64,000 bases of DNA from positions 13,688 through 77,687 of the forward strand of contig JBAZUO010000004.1 of the NCBI GenBank assembly GCA_041661345.1, written 5' to 3'. The DNA is from Candidatus Omnitrophota bacterium. GTDB taxonomy: Bacteria > Omnitrophota > Gorgyraeia > 2-01-FULL-45-10. Made by a program: the position numbers and the translations under genes. The first letter of the stretch is position 1. Each line of letters opens with the position of its first letter. Below, one piece after another: positions 8,746-18,336 of the stretch. The notes under the pieces were generated by a model, which was given only the letters and a program-made list of their open reading frames with translations, was not told the origin of the DNA and did not search any database.

Positions 8746-8830
8746 TGGTGCGCGGGACAGGACTTGAACCTGCAAGGGTTGCCCCAACAGCCCCTCAAAC
8801 TGTCGTGTCTGCCAGTTCCACCACCCGCGC
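8746..8830 (-). tRNA. tRNA-Leu, anticodon GAG, with a long variable arm.
   Basis: Reverse complement gives GCGCGGGTGGTGGAACTGGCAGACACGACAGTTTGAGGGGCTGTTGGGGCAACCCTTGCAGGTTCAAGTCCTGTCCCGCGCACCA. The anticodon stem is ACAGT/GCTGT with loop TTGAGGG. Confidence 0.85.
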
Positions 8831-8840
8831 AAAAATTATC

Positions 8841-9002
8841 TCAATTAGCTTCTCGTAGTTTACGGCGCGCCAACTTCTGCTGTTTCGATAATACCATATC
8901 CGCAAGCTCGTTCATTAATCTAATGCCTTCCAGTTTTTTTTCTGCGGATATTTTAACACCTCTTATAATCTTTTCTTTTCGCGGCTCCCACCCAGAAATC
9001 AT
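8841..9002 (-). CDS. Hypothetical 53-aa basic helical protein, translationally coupled (ATGA overlap) to the upstream nucleotidyltransferase-like gene.
   Basis: Not in the ORF track. Hand translation gives MISGWEPRKEKIIRGVKISAEKKLEGIRLMNELADMVLSKQQKLARRKLREAN. It ends 10 nt before the tRNA-Leu 5' end. Confidence 0.35.
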   Translation of the reverse strand: MISGWEPRKEKIIRGVKISAEKKLEGIRLMNELADMVLSKQQKLARRKLREAN

Positions 9003-9490
9003 ATTACCTTTCTAACTAATTTTAGCTCTTCAATATCTTTTAAATCTTTATCACGCCCTGATGCTCTTTTCATTTTTATAAAATCTTTCGGCGATAAAAT
9101 TATAAGGTTTAGGCCTTTTATTTTAACTTTTAGGGCGTTTTTTATAGCGTTCTTAAAATTAACCGGCGAATCAATAACTATATCAACTTCTTCATAACTT
9201 TTTTCACCCTTGTAAAAATTAAACGCCTTCATATTTTTATTTTCAATCCAATCTTTGCGTGTTTTCGCATCTGCTATCATTGCAGGATCTACCGGTTGTT
9301 TGACATGATACCCGGCCTTCCTCAATATCTTAACTATCTTTCCAAGATTCTCATCCGTCATTTCAACCAGGATGTCCATGTCGAGCGTATTTCTCTGTCC
9401 TCCAAGGAGATTAAATGCCATGCCTCCCACGAGGACATATTTTACCTTCTTGCTCTGAAATTCTTTAAGTATCTCTTCGTACAGTATCAC
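8999..9490 (-). CDS. Minimal nucleotidyltransferase-fold (Pol-beta superfamily, MNT-like) protein.
   Basis: VGGMAFNLLGGQRNTLDMDILV fits the G[GS]-x9-13-D-x-[DE] nucleotidyltransferase motif. The gene lies between tRNA-Leu and tRNA-Gln. Confidence 0.45.
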   Translation of the reverse strand: MILYEEILKEFQSKKVKYVLVGGMAFNLLGGQRNTLDMDILVEMTDENLGKIVKILRKAGYHVKQPVDPAMIADAKTRKDWIENKNMKAFNFYKGEKSYEEVDIVIDSPVNFKNAIKNALKVKIKGLNLIILSPKDFIKMKRASGRDKDLKDIEELKLVRKVI

Positions 9491-9525
9491 ATCAAGCCCT
9501 TAATTATGCTTTTGAAAAAAGAACA

Positions 9526-9654
9526 TTAAGAAAAACCCTTTCATAAAAGGTTTTTCTTAAACAAATTTGGGCGCTAGCCCCACTGGCTATTGCTTTGTCG
9601 GTGGGCCGAAGTCAAAAACCAGACAACAGTTTTTGGCGGAGGCCAAATTTGCAT
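9526..9654 (-). repeat. Conserved hairpin (9526-9560, ttaagaaaaaccctttcataaaaggtttttcttaa) plus tRNA-trailer element copy C (9559-9654), abutting the tRNA-Gln CCA.
   Basis: aaacaaatttgggcgc...ggcggaggccaaatttgcattgg. The terminal stem caaatttgg/ccaaatttg covaries relative to copies B and D (cgatttgg/ccaaatcg). Confidence 0.6.
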
Positions 9655-9728
9655 TGGTTGCCCAGCTAGGATTCGAACCTAGACTAAATGGTTCAGAGCC
9701 ATTCGTGCTACCATTACACCACCGGGCA
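9655..9728 (-). tRNA. tRNA-Gln, anticodon CUG.
   Basis: Reverse complement gives TGCCCGGTGGTGTAATGGTAGCACGAATGGCTCTGAACCATTTAGTCTAGGTTCGAATCCTAGCTGGGCAACCA. It has the U1:A72 pair typical of tRNA-Gln and the anticodon loop CTCTGAA. It sits immediately downstream of glnS. Confidence 0.85.
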
Positions 9729-9778
9729 ATGATCACTCTTACGTTACCCGTAAATCTTATACTAAAACCGGACTTTTT

Positions 9779-11464
9779 TCAACGCTTTCTTTGCTCGAGC
9801 TTCACCCACTCATCTTTCAGCGTCACTGTCCTGTTAAAAATACGCTTCCCGTTTTTTAAAGCTATAGGATCGAGATAAAAATAGCCCAGGCGCTCAAATT
9901 GATAGCGGCTTCCGGGCAAGGCTCCTTTTAGCGACGGCTCAAGCTTGCAGGACGTTAGGATTTCGAGAGATTTCGGATTAAGGTTGGAGCGAAAATCCTT
10001 GCCTTCGAGTGCATCGTCAGGATCGCGCTTAGTGAATAGTAGATCATAGAGCCGGACCTCCGCGTCGATAGCATGGCTTGCCGAAACCCAGTGGAGCGTA
10101 GCCTTCACTTTGCGGCCATCAGAAGCATCTCCTCCCCGCGTAGCAGGATCATATATGCATCGGATCTCGGTAATCTCGCCCGTCTTGGGGTCCTTGATGA
10201 CTTCCGTACATTTCACGAAATACGCATATCTCAGCCTTACTTCTTTCCCTGGAGATAACCGGAAAAATTTTGGCGGGGGAACTTCTCTAAAATCATCCCG
10301 TTCGATATATATCTCCCGGCCAAACGACACTTTGCGGGTTCCGGCGGCCGGGTCTTCTGGATTATTGATGGCGTCGAGCTCTTCCGTTTTACCTTCCGGA
10401 TAATTCGTTATGACAAGTTTAATGGGCCTTAGGACCGCCATTACACGCGGTGCGGTCTTATTCAATTCTTCCCGTATCGCATTTTCGAGCACGGCGATCT
10501 CTATTATGGAATCCATCTTCGAAACGCCGATCCCATCGCAGAATTGGCGGATCGCGTTCGGCGTGTAGCCACGCCGCCTGAAACCGGATATAGTCGGCAT
10601 GCGCGGGTCATCCCATCCGTCTACCGATTTCTCCGTAACAAGCTGAAGCAATTTACGTTTGCTTAAAACCGTATGACTTAAATTAAGCCTCGCAAATTCG
10701 ATCTGCTGCGGATGGTAGGCTTTTAATGTATCAAGTATCCAATCATAGAGCGGACGGTTATTCTCAAATTCAAGCGTACAGATGGAGTGCGTTATCCCTT
10801 CGATAGAATCGGAAATACAGTGCGCAAAATCATACATAGGATAGATGCACCATTTGTCGCCGGTGCGATGATGGTGCTCGCGCTTTATGCGATATAGGAC
10901 AGGGTCGCGCATGATAATATGCGGATCCGCCATATCGATCTTGGCGCGCAAAGTTTTGCTGCCGTCGGGAAACTCGCCCTTCCTCATGCGCGCAAAGAGG
11001 TCGATATTCTCATCGACCGAACGGCCACGATATGGACTATCCTTGCCGGGTTGGGTAAGCGTTCCACGGTATTCCCGCATCTCATCGATATTCAGGTCGC
11101 AGACATACGCTTTGCCTAATTTTATAAGCTGGACGGCACATTCATAAAGCCTTTCGAAATAGTCCGACGCGTAGAAGAGACGATCTCCCCAGTCGAATCC
11201 GAGCCAGCGGACATCTTCGACGATCGAGTCGACATATTCGCTCTCTTCCTTTGCGGGATTCGTATCGTCCATTCGCAGGTTGCACAGGCCTTTGTAATCG
11301 CGGGCGATGCCGAAACTGATACAGATAGCTTTGGCGTGGCCGATATGCAGATAACCGTTCGGCTCGGGCGGAAAACGCGTGTGAACCTTCCCCTTGAACC
11401 TGCCTGTCTTAAGGTGTTCGTCGATTATCTCTCTTATGAAATTTTGATCTTGAGTTTTTTCCAT
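9779..11464 (-). CDS. glnS: Glutaminyl-tRNA synthetase.
   Basis: [42 protein letters not shown] is near-identical to the GlnRS HIGH region. Confidence 0.9.
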   Translation of the reverse strand: MEKTQDQNFIREIIDEHLKTGRFKGKVHTRFPPEPNGYLHIGHAKAICISFGIARDYKGLCNLRMDDTNPAKEESEYVDSIVEDVRWLGFDWGDRLFYASDYFERLYECAVQLIKLGKAYVCDLNIDEMREYRGTLTQPGKDSPYRGRSVDENIDLFARMRKGEFPDGSKTLRAKIDMADPHIIMRDPVLYRIKREHHHRTGDKWCIYPMYDFAHCISDSIEGITHSICTLEFENNRPLYDWILDTLKAYHPQQIEFARLNLSHTVLSKRKLLQLVTEKSVDGWDDPRMPTISGFRRRGYTPNAIRQFCDGIGVSKMDSIIEIAVLENAIREELNKTAPRVMAVLRPIKLVITNYPEGKTEELDAINNPEDPAAGTRKVSFGREIYIERDDFREVPPPKFFRLSPGKEVRLRYAYFVKCTEVIKDPKTGEITEIRCIYDPATRGGDASDGRKVKATLHWVSASHAIDAEVRLYDLLFTKRDPDDALEGKDFRSNLNPKSLEILTSCKLEPSLKGALPGSRYQFERLGYFYLDPIALKNGKRIFNRTVTLKDEWVKLEQRKR

Positions 11465-11478
11465 CCTATTTCGCCCTT

Positions 11479-12759
11479 CTAGACAACTGCTTTTCTCATT
11501 CTCTCTAGAGCCTTCGATTTGCCCAAAACCTCCATCATCTCGAATAGGCCCGCCCCGGTGGTCTTACCGCTTATAGCGACACGGGTAGGATGAATAATCG
11601 CGCCGGGTTTCAATTTCATTTCTTCGGCCATCGATCGACATTCTCCTTCGATGGCACTGTGGGAAAAGTCGTTCAACCGTTCTAATCGGGCGGCGAACTC
11701 ACGCAAGGCATTTTTTGATTCCGGCGAGACAAGATGCTTGCCCGCAGCCTTCTCATCGATCGAATAGTCGTCACTGAAGAAATAATCGGTCATTTGCACA
11801 AATTCGGAAAGCGTCTTAATGCGCACTTTGTAAAGTTTTATAACCTCGAGAAGCTTGTCGTCCGTCGCCGGGCAAGCCTTACCGGTATCAAGCATCTGTT
11901 TCTTGATCAGTTCCAGCAGTTCCTTATCGGGTTTTGCGGCAATATACTCGCCGTTCATCCATCTAAGTTTCTGGATATCAAACTTTGCCTGCACGCCTTT
12001 CATATTATTAATGTCGAATGCCTTGACAGCCTCTTCTATGGGTATTATTTCACGGTCTGATCCCGGCGACCATCCGAGGAGAAGGAGGTAATTAACGAGC
12101 GCTTCCGGCAAAAATCCTTCGCGCTTATACTCTTCAACGGAAACACCGCCGTGCCGTTTTGAAAGCTTTGCCCCGTCCATTCCCATGATAAGCGGCATGT
12201 GGCCAAACTGCGGGATCGCCAACCCCATCGCCTCATAAAACAGGATCTGCTTCGGTGTGTTTGAGACATGGTCGTCGCCGCGTATGATATGGGTTATCTT
12301 AAGGAACGCGTCATCGATGACACAGCAGAAATTATATACGGGGGAACCGTCCGACTTTATCATCACCTGGTCCTTGATCTCGTCGGTGTTAAACGTGATC
12401 TTGCCGTGTATCATATCGTCGATCTCGATCGTCCGGCCTTTCGGGACCCTGAAGATATACGCCTCGCCCTCGCGGTATCCCAAACCCTGCTTCACGATCT
12501 CCTCGGCGGCCTTGCGGTAGATCTCGAACCGCGCCGACTGGTGGACCGGCTCCTCGTCCCAATCTATACCGAGCCATTTGAGATCCATCACTATCTCATC
12601 CAGGAAACGTTTTTCGGAGCGGGTGCGATCCGTATCTTCGATGCGTAAAAGTAGTTTGCCTTTATAGCGGCGGGCATATAACCAATTGAATAACGCTGTC
12701 CTCGCGCTGCCTATATGGAGATAACCGGTGGGACTTGGGGCGAACCTTACTCTTACCAT
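11479..12759 (-). CDS. gltX: Glutamyl-tRNA synthetase.
   Basis: [23 protein letters not shown] (HIGH motif) and KLSKRHG (KMSKS motif). Confidence 0.9.
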   Translation of the reverse strand: MVRVRFAPSPTGYLHIGSARTALFNWLYARRYKGKLLLRIEDTDRTRSEKRFLDEIVMDLKWLGIDWDEEPVHQSARFEIYRKAAEEIVKQGLGYREGEAYIFRVPKGRTIEIDDMIHGKITFNTDEIKDQVMIKSDGSPVYNFCCVIDDAFLKITHIIRGDDHVSNTPKQILFYEAMGLAIPQFGHMPLIMGMDGAKLSKRHGGVSVEEYKREGFLPEALVNYLLLLGWSPGSDREIIPIEEAVKAFDINNMKGVQAKFDIQKLRWMNGEYIAAKPDKELLELIKKQMLDTGKACPATDDKLLEVIKLYKVRIKTLSEFVQMTDYFFSDDYSIDEKAAGKHLVSPESKNALREFAARLERLNDFSHSAIEGECRSMAEEMKLKPGAIIHPTRVAISGKTTGAGLFEMMEVLGKSKALERMRKAVV

Positions 12760-13340
12760 TAACTTTTATAACCTTTATCGAGGGCCTTCTTATTTATTAC
12801 AAAGAGCTCCTCTTTGTTTTTGAAGGCTTCCTTAAGCATATTGGCAACATTTCTTATCGAGAGCATCCTGGATCTGGCGGCGAGCGCTCCTATAGCTACC
12901 ATATTTGCACATCTTATATCACCGAACTTATGCGCTATCTCCGTCATGGGTATGTTAAGAACCCTTATGCCTTTTCTTTTGGGAAAATCTCCGACGAGCG
13001 ATTTGTTCGATATCAATAGCCCGCCCTCTTTCAATTTTCCCTCGTATTTAACCAGGGATAATTTGTTCATCACAATCAAAATATCGGGATCGGTGACTAT
13101 CGGGCTTGCGATCTGGCCTGATGATATCTTTACCATCGAATAGGCAGTGCCGCCTCTTACCTCGGCGCCGTACGACGGCATCCATGTAACATGCGCGCCG
13201 CCCTCAAGGCCGGACGCAGCAAGCAGTTTCCCCAGGAACATTATGCCCTGGCCGCCGAAACCGGCGCATAGTATCTCCTCGCAAACAACGCGTTTCGTTT
13301 TCGGCTTTCGGCTTTCGGCTTTCATTTTCTTTTTAGACAT
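12759..13340 (-). CDS. porG: 2-oxoacid:ferredoxin oxidoreductase gamma subunit.
   Basis: CAGFGGQGIMFLGKLLA is the gamma-subunit signature. The gene is operonic with the alpha, beta and delta subunits. Confidence 0.85.
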   Translation of the reverse strand: MSKKKMKAESRKPKTKRVVCEEILCAGFGGQGIMFLGKLLAASGLEGGAHVTWMPSYGAEVRGGTAYSMVKISSGQIASPIVTDPDILIVMNKLSLVKYEGKLKEGGLLISNKSLVGDFPKRKGIRVLNIPMTEIAHKFGDIRCANMVAIGALAARSRMLSIRNVANMLKEAFKNKEELFVINKKALDKGYKS

Positions 13341-14126
<786 letters not shown>

Positions 14127-14131
14127 GGCCT

Positions 14132-15184
14132 TTAAACCAATGCTTCTATCTTTTCCAGTATTTCCGATTCCGTGGGAATGCCGCCGCCCATGCGCCCATA
14201 GAAATCTACTTTCGCGCGCCCGTTCACCGCAAGCCTCACGTCCTCGACCATCTGGCCGGCGCTCATCTCTACAACTAGAAACTTTTTCGCTATATTGCAA
14301 GCATCTTCTATCAATTTTTCCGGGAAGGGCCATAGCGTTATCGGCCGTATCATACCAACCTTTAATCCTTTATCTCTTGCCATATCCATCGCCGCCCTGG
14401 CGATCCTCGCGGCAGAGCCGTAAGCAACGAGCACTATTTCGCTGTCCTTTGTGTGAAAAGTTTCGGCGCGCACTTCCGTGTCTTTAATCAGTTTAAATTT
14501 TTCCTGCAATCTCTTATTATGTGCTTCCAGAGCGCCGTCGCCCAAATAAAGCGATTTGATTATATTCGGCTTCCTACCCCTACACCCCGTAAGGGCCCAC
14601 GGCTTTTCTATTAGCTTGGGGTTATAGTCTACAGGCTGCATCTGGACCGGCTCCATCATCTGCCCGAGAAGCCCATCGCCGAGTATCAGCGCCGGATTTC
14701 TGTATTTATCGGCAAGATCAAATGCCAAAAATGTATACTCCAATAGTTCCTGCGCACTCGATGGCGCCAGGACCATTATCTTGTAATCTCCGTGCCCGCC
14801 GCCCTTGACCGATTGAAAATAATCACCTTGCGAGGGGGCTATGTTGCCTAAGCCGGGGCCGCCTCTCTGCATATTCACTATAACGCAAGGCAGTTCGCAG
14901 CCGGTCAAATATGATATCCCTTCCTGCTTCAGGCTTACTCCCGGGCTCGATGACGATGTCATCGCCCGCATGCCTGCCGCCGCAGCGCCAAATACCATAT
15001 TTATCGCGGCCAGTTCCGATTCCGCCTGTATAAATACGCCGCCGGTCTCATACATGCGCTTGGCCATATAAGCGGTCAATTCATTCTGTGGAGTTATCGG
15101 ATAGCCGGCATAAAACCTGCAGCCGGCAAGAACCGCCCCTTCGCCGCATGCATCATTTCCGCACATCAATATTTTTTTAGCCAT
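14132..15184 (-). CDS. porA: 2-oxoacid:ferredoxin oxidoreductase alpha subunit.
   Basis: YAGYPITPQNEL...FIQAESELAAINMVFGAAAAGMRAMTSSSSPG. Confidence 0.85.
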   Translation of the reverse strand: MAKKILMCGNDACGEGAVLAGCRFYAGYPITPQNELTAYMAKRMYETGGVFIQAESELAAINMVFGAAAAGMRAMTSSSSPGVSLKQEGISYLTGCELPCVIVNMQRGGPGLGNIAPSQGDYFQSVKGGGHGDYKIMVLAPSSAQELLEYTFLAFDLADKYRNPALILGDGLLGQMMEPVQMQPVDYNPKLIEKPWALTGCRGRKPNIIKSLYLGDGALEAHNKRLQEKFKLIKDTEVRAETFHTKDSEIVLVAYGSAARIARAAMDMARDKGLKVGMIRPITLWPFPEKLIEDACNIAKKFLVVEMSAGQMVEDVRLAVNGRAKVDFYGRMGGGIPTESEILEKIEALV

Positions 15185-15193
15185 GCCTCTTCC

Positions 15194-15394
15194 CTACTTA
15201 TATACAACGATCCCGCAATCCGGGCACATGACCGCGCACATTCTGCATCCTGTGCATTTTCCGCTCGAAAATACCGCGGGCCTCACGCCCTTCACATTAA
15301 GCGTTTTGGAAACTTTAATAAGCCCGTTAGGGCAGTTCACTACGCAGAGATAGCATCCCTTACACCTGTCCTTATCTATTTTGATCTTCGGCAT
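15194..15394 (-). CDS. porD: 2-oxoacid:ferredoxin oxidoreductase delta subunit (a 2x[4Fe-4S] ferredoxin).
   Basis: CKGCYLCVVNCP...CTGCRMCAVMCPDC. Confidence 0.8.
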   Translation of the reverse strand: MPKIKIDKDRCKGCYLCVVNCPNGLIKVSKTLNVKGVRPAVFSSGKCTGCRMCAVMCPDCGIVVYK

Positions 15395-17262
15395 TATTTT
15401 ATGACCTCATTAACAATTACATCGCAAATAGCGTCGGGTGTCAAGTTATACTTTAAAAATAGTTCGCTCCTTTTACCATGTTCTATAAATTTGTCGGGAA
15501 GGCCTATTCTACGCACTTTTACATCTTTGAAACCGTATCGCTCTATAAATTCCAGCACCGCGGAGCCAAAACCGCCCTCCAAAATACCATCTTCCAGCGT
15601 TACTATACTTTTTACGTCCCTACAGAGGCCGGAAAGCATATCCCCGTCGAGAGGCCTTACGAAACGGGCATTGATAACCGTTGATCTTATCCCTTTTTTC
15701 GATAGAATATCAGCCGCTTTTAACGCTATCTCGGCCATACCGCCGATCGAGACGATCGCAAGATCCGCGCCTTTCATCAATATTTCGGCCCTTCCCAGCT
15801 TTATCGGGTCGGATGACGCGGTTTTTAACGATGAAGAGCCTTTCGGATAACGTATCGCAACCGGCCCATTCAGTGTCAACGCGAATTTAAGCATATCTTT
15901 AAGCTCATCCGGCGACGCCGGCGCCATGAATGTAAGATTCGGTATGCCGCGCAGATATGCGATGTCAAAAACGCCATGGTGTGTCGGGCCATCCTCTCCT
16001 ACCAAGCCCGCCCTGTCCAGGCAAATGACAACGGGAAGATCCTGCAGGCATATATCGTGAATTATCTGATCATATCCCCGCTGTAAAAATGTGGAATATA
16101 TAACCGCAACGGGTTTATAGCCGCTCCTTGCAAGACCAGCGGCAAAACCCATCGCATGGCCTTCCGCGATGCCCACATCAAAAAACCGGTCCGGAAACTT
16201 TGCCGCAAAATCGTTAAGGCCTGTCCCATCCAGCATCGCGGCAGTTATAGCAACTATTCTTTTGTCTTCACCCGCAAGATCCGTAAGTGTCCGGCCGAAC
16301 GCATCCGTAAATGTCGGGGCGTTTTTCGACTCAACCTTTTTGCCTGTCTCCGGATCGAACGGGCCTGTTCCATGAAAGGAGCCTGGATCGTTCTCCGCCG
16401 GACGAAAGCCGCGGCCTTTCTTCGTTATAACGTGTATCAATATCGGTTCGTTCAGGTCCTTCAGATTTCTGAATGTAGCTATAAGCCTCGGTATGTTATG
16501 GCCGTCTATCGGGCCAAAGTATCTGAATCCAAGTTCCTCGAAAAGCATACCCGGCACCAGAAGGTTCTTCAGCCCCTCTTCGAGTTTCCTCGCAGCCCTA
16601 TAGGCACGAAAGCCAAATCTGGGGATGCGTTTCAGAAGGCGTTCAACGTCATTTCGTATCTTATTATACGACGGGTTGGCCATTATCCTGTTTAGATATC
16701 CGCTCAAGGCGCCGACGCTTTTGGATATCGAGCGCTCGTTGTCATTAAGGACGACTATGACATCTTTATTAAGATGCCCCGCGTGATTAAGAGCCTCGAA
16801 TGCCATGCCGCCTGCCAGTGACGCATCGCCTATGACCGCGATAATTTTATTCTTACCCCCGGCCAGATCACGCGCAACTGCGGCGCCAAGCGCCGTCGAT
16901 ATGGATGTGGAACTATGTCCGCACGTAAATATGTCATATTCAGGGCTTTCGTCTTTATTTGGAAAACCACTTAATCCGCCCAGCTGTCTTAAAGTAGGAA
17001 ATTTTTTTAATCTGCCTGTAAGCATCTTGTGCGCGTATGTCTGATGGCCGACATCCCAGAAAATACGGTCTTTCGGGGCGTCAAAAACATAGTGCAGCGC
17101 TATCGTAAGCTCTACCGCGCCGAGCGATGAGGCTATGTGGCCGCCTGTCTTGGAAGTGGTAGCCAGGATTTCAGCCCTGATCTCGCCGGCAAGAGGGCCA
17201 AGCTCGGTTAAGCTTAGCTTTTTTAAATCCGCGGGACTATTTATATTTTCTATCAAGCTCAT
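15394..17262 (-). CDS. dxs: 1-deoxy-D-xylulose-5-phosphate synthase.
   Basis: GGHIASSLGAVELTIALHYVFDAPKDRIFWDVGHQTYAHKMLTGR; 622 aa. Confidence 0.95.
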   Translation of the reverse strand: MSLIENINSPADLKKLSLTELGPLAGEIRAEILATTSKTGGHIASSLGAVELTIALHYVFDAPKDRIFWDVGHQTYAHKMLTGRLKKFPTLRQLGGLSGFPNKDESPEYDIFTCGHSSTSISTALGAAVARDLAGGKNKIIAVIGDASLAGGMAFEALNHAGHLNKDVIVVLNDNERSISKSVGALSGYLNRIMANPSYNKIRNDVERLLKRIPRFGFRAYRAARKLEEGLKNLLVPGMLFEELGFRYFGPIDGHNIPRLIATFRNLKDLNEPILIHVITKKGRGFRPAENDPGSFHGTGPFDPETGKKVESKNAPTFTDAFGRTLTDLAGEDKRIVAITAAMLDGTGLNDFAAKFPDRFFDVGIAEGHAMGFAAGLARSGYKPVAVIYSTFLQRGYDQIIHDICLQDLPVVICLDRAGLVGEDGPTHHGVFDIAYLRGIPNLTFMAPASPDELKDMLKFALTLNGPVAIRYPKGSSSLKTASSDPIKLGRAEILMKGADLAIVSIGGMAEIALKAADILSKKGIRSTVINARFVRPLDGDMLSGLCRDVKSIVTLEDGILEGGFGSAVLEFIERYGFKDVKVRRIGLPDKFIEHGKRSELFLKYNLTPDAICDVIVNEVIK

Positions 17263-17275
17263 ATCGATGGTTAGG

Positions 17276-18043
17276 TTATTTTTTTCTATTTAATACGAGA
17301 TCCGATATTTTAATAAGAGATCCGGCGTTTTTGCCAAAGACCCGAAGCGCCTTTTTTGACGAAGCTGTCAAGGCCTGGGCGTCTTTACGTGAAAGAGCGC
17401 CCTCCCCGTCGAGAATATCATCGACCATCTGGAACGCTTCGCCCAGATATGCGCCAAAATACGCCGCGGCCTTCACCCGGCCCGAGCCGGCACCTGCAGC
17501 CATCGCGCCGAGAATAGCGGATGCCTCGAATAATTTCGATGTCTTAAGCCGGTTTATCTTTATGGCTGTTTTTTTATCTTTCTTGATATTTTTAAATTCG
17601 ATATCGAGCGCCTGGCCGCCAACCATACCTTTCGTGCCGATGGCCTCGGACAGCTGTCTCGTCATCATGACGGCAATCTTCGGCTCATACTCCCGCGATA
17701 CGATGTTGAACGCCAGCGTAAGGAGCGCGTCTCCCGCAAGTATGGCATTTGCTTCTCCGAACACCTTGTGGCAGGAAGGTTTACCGCGCCGGAAATCATC
17801 ATCATCCATCGACGGGAGGTCGTCATGGATCAATGAATATGTGTGAACGAGCTCGATCGCGCAAGCTGCCGCGATAGCGGCCATATATTTCCCGCCGCAT
17901 GCCTTGCAGATCTCTATCGCGATAGTGGGGCGGACCCTTTTGCCGCCCGAAAATACGCTATAGTGCATCGCCTTATGTAAAATTTTAGGCTCTTCTGACG
18001 CCTTCGGCAAATACCTGTCAAGCGCGCTATCTATATCGATCAA
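17276..18043 (-). CDS. ispA: Farnesyl/geranyl-diphosphate synthase (a short-chain polyprenyl synthase).
   Basis: IHDDLPSMDDDDFRRGKPSCH carries the first DDxxD motif. Confidence 0.85.
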   Translation of the reverse strand: MIDIDSALDRYLPKASEEPKILHKAMHYSVFSGGKRVRPTIAIEICKACGGKYMAAIAAACAIELVHTYSLIHDDLPSMDDDDFRRGKPSCHKVFGEANAILAGDALLTLAFNIVSREYEPKIAVMMTRQLSEAIGTKGMVGGQALDIEFKNIKKDKKTAIKINRLKTSKLFEASAILGAMAAGAGSGRVKAAAYFGAYLGEAFQMVDDILDGEGALSRKDAQALTASSKKALRVFGKNAGSLIKISDLVLNRKK

Positions 18044-18335
18044 AATAATGCGTCTTCCGATTTTGATTTCCTCTTCTTCGTTTCACCCTGCGGTTTCGCC
18101 TCTTCCCCTGCCGTCTTTTCATCGAAGGGTTTAAGCTCGACGGAGCCGTTTTCCGACTTAAGGAGTATCTCGACCTTCTTCCTTGCAACCTCAAGTTGCT
18201 TGGCGCACATCTTGGAAAGCCTTATACCTTCTTCATATTTCTCGAGGGATTCATCCAATGAAAGATTACCGTCCTCAAGGCCTCCGACTATCTTCTCCAA
18301 TTTCTCAACGCTTCTTCAAATTTCATCTCGGCCAT
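18040..18335 (-). CDS. xseB: Exodeoxyribonuclease VII small subunit, disrupted by a -1 frameshift in an A-run after codon 11.
   Basis: The ATG at 18333-18335, 1 nt after the xseA stop, gives MAEMKFEEALRNWRR*. The rest of the gene, LEKIVGGLEDGNLSLDESLEKYEEG..., is in the -1 frame. One extra A in gagaaattgg would restore MKFEEALRKLEKIVGG, the canonical XseB N-terminus. The ORF track shows only the TTG-initiated remnant. Confidence 0.75.
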
Positions 18336-18336
18336 A

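Noticed and set aside
18290-18335. Programmed ribosomal frameshifting in xseB or yidC.
   Set aside because: Both sites are simple A4->A3 deletions with no slippery heptamer or stimulatory structure, and both affect otherwise intact housekeeping genes. A homopolymer sequencing error is the simplest explanation.
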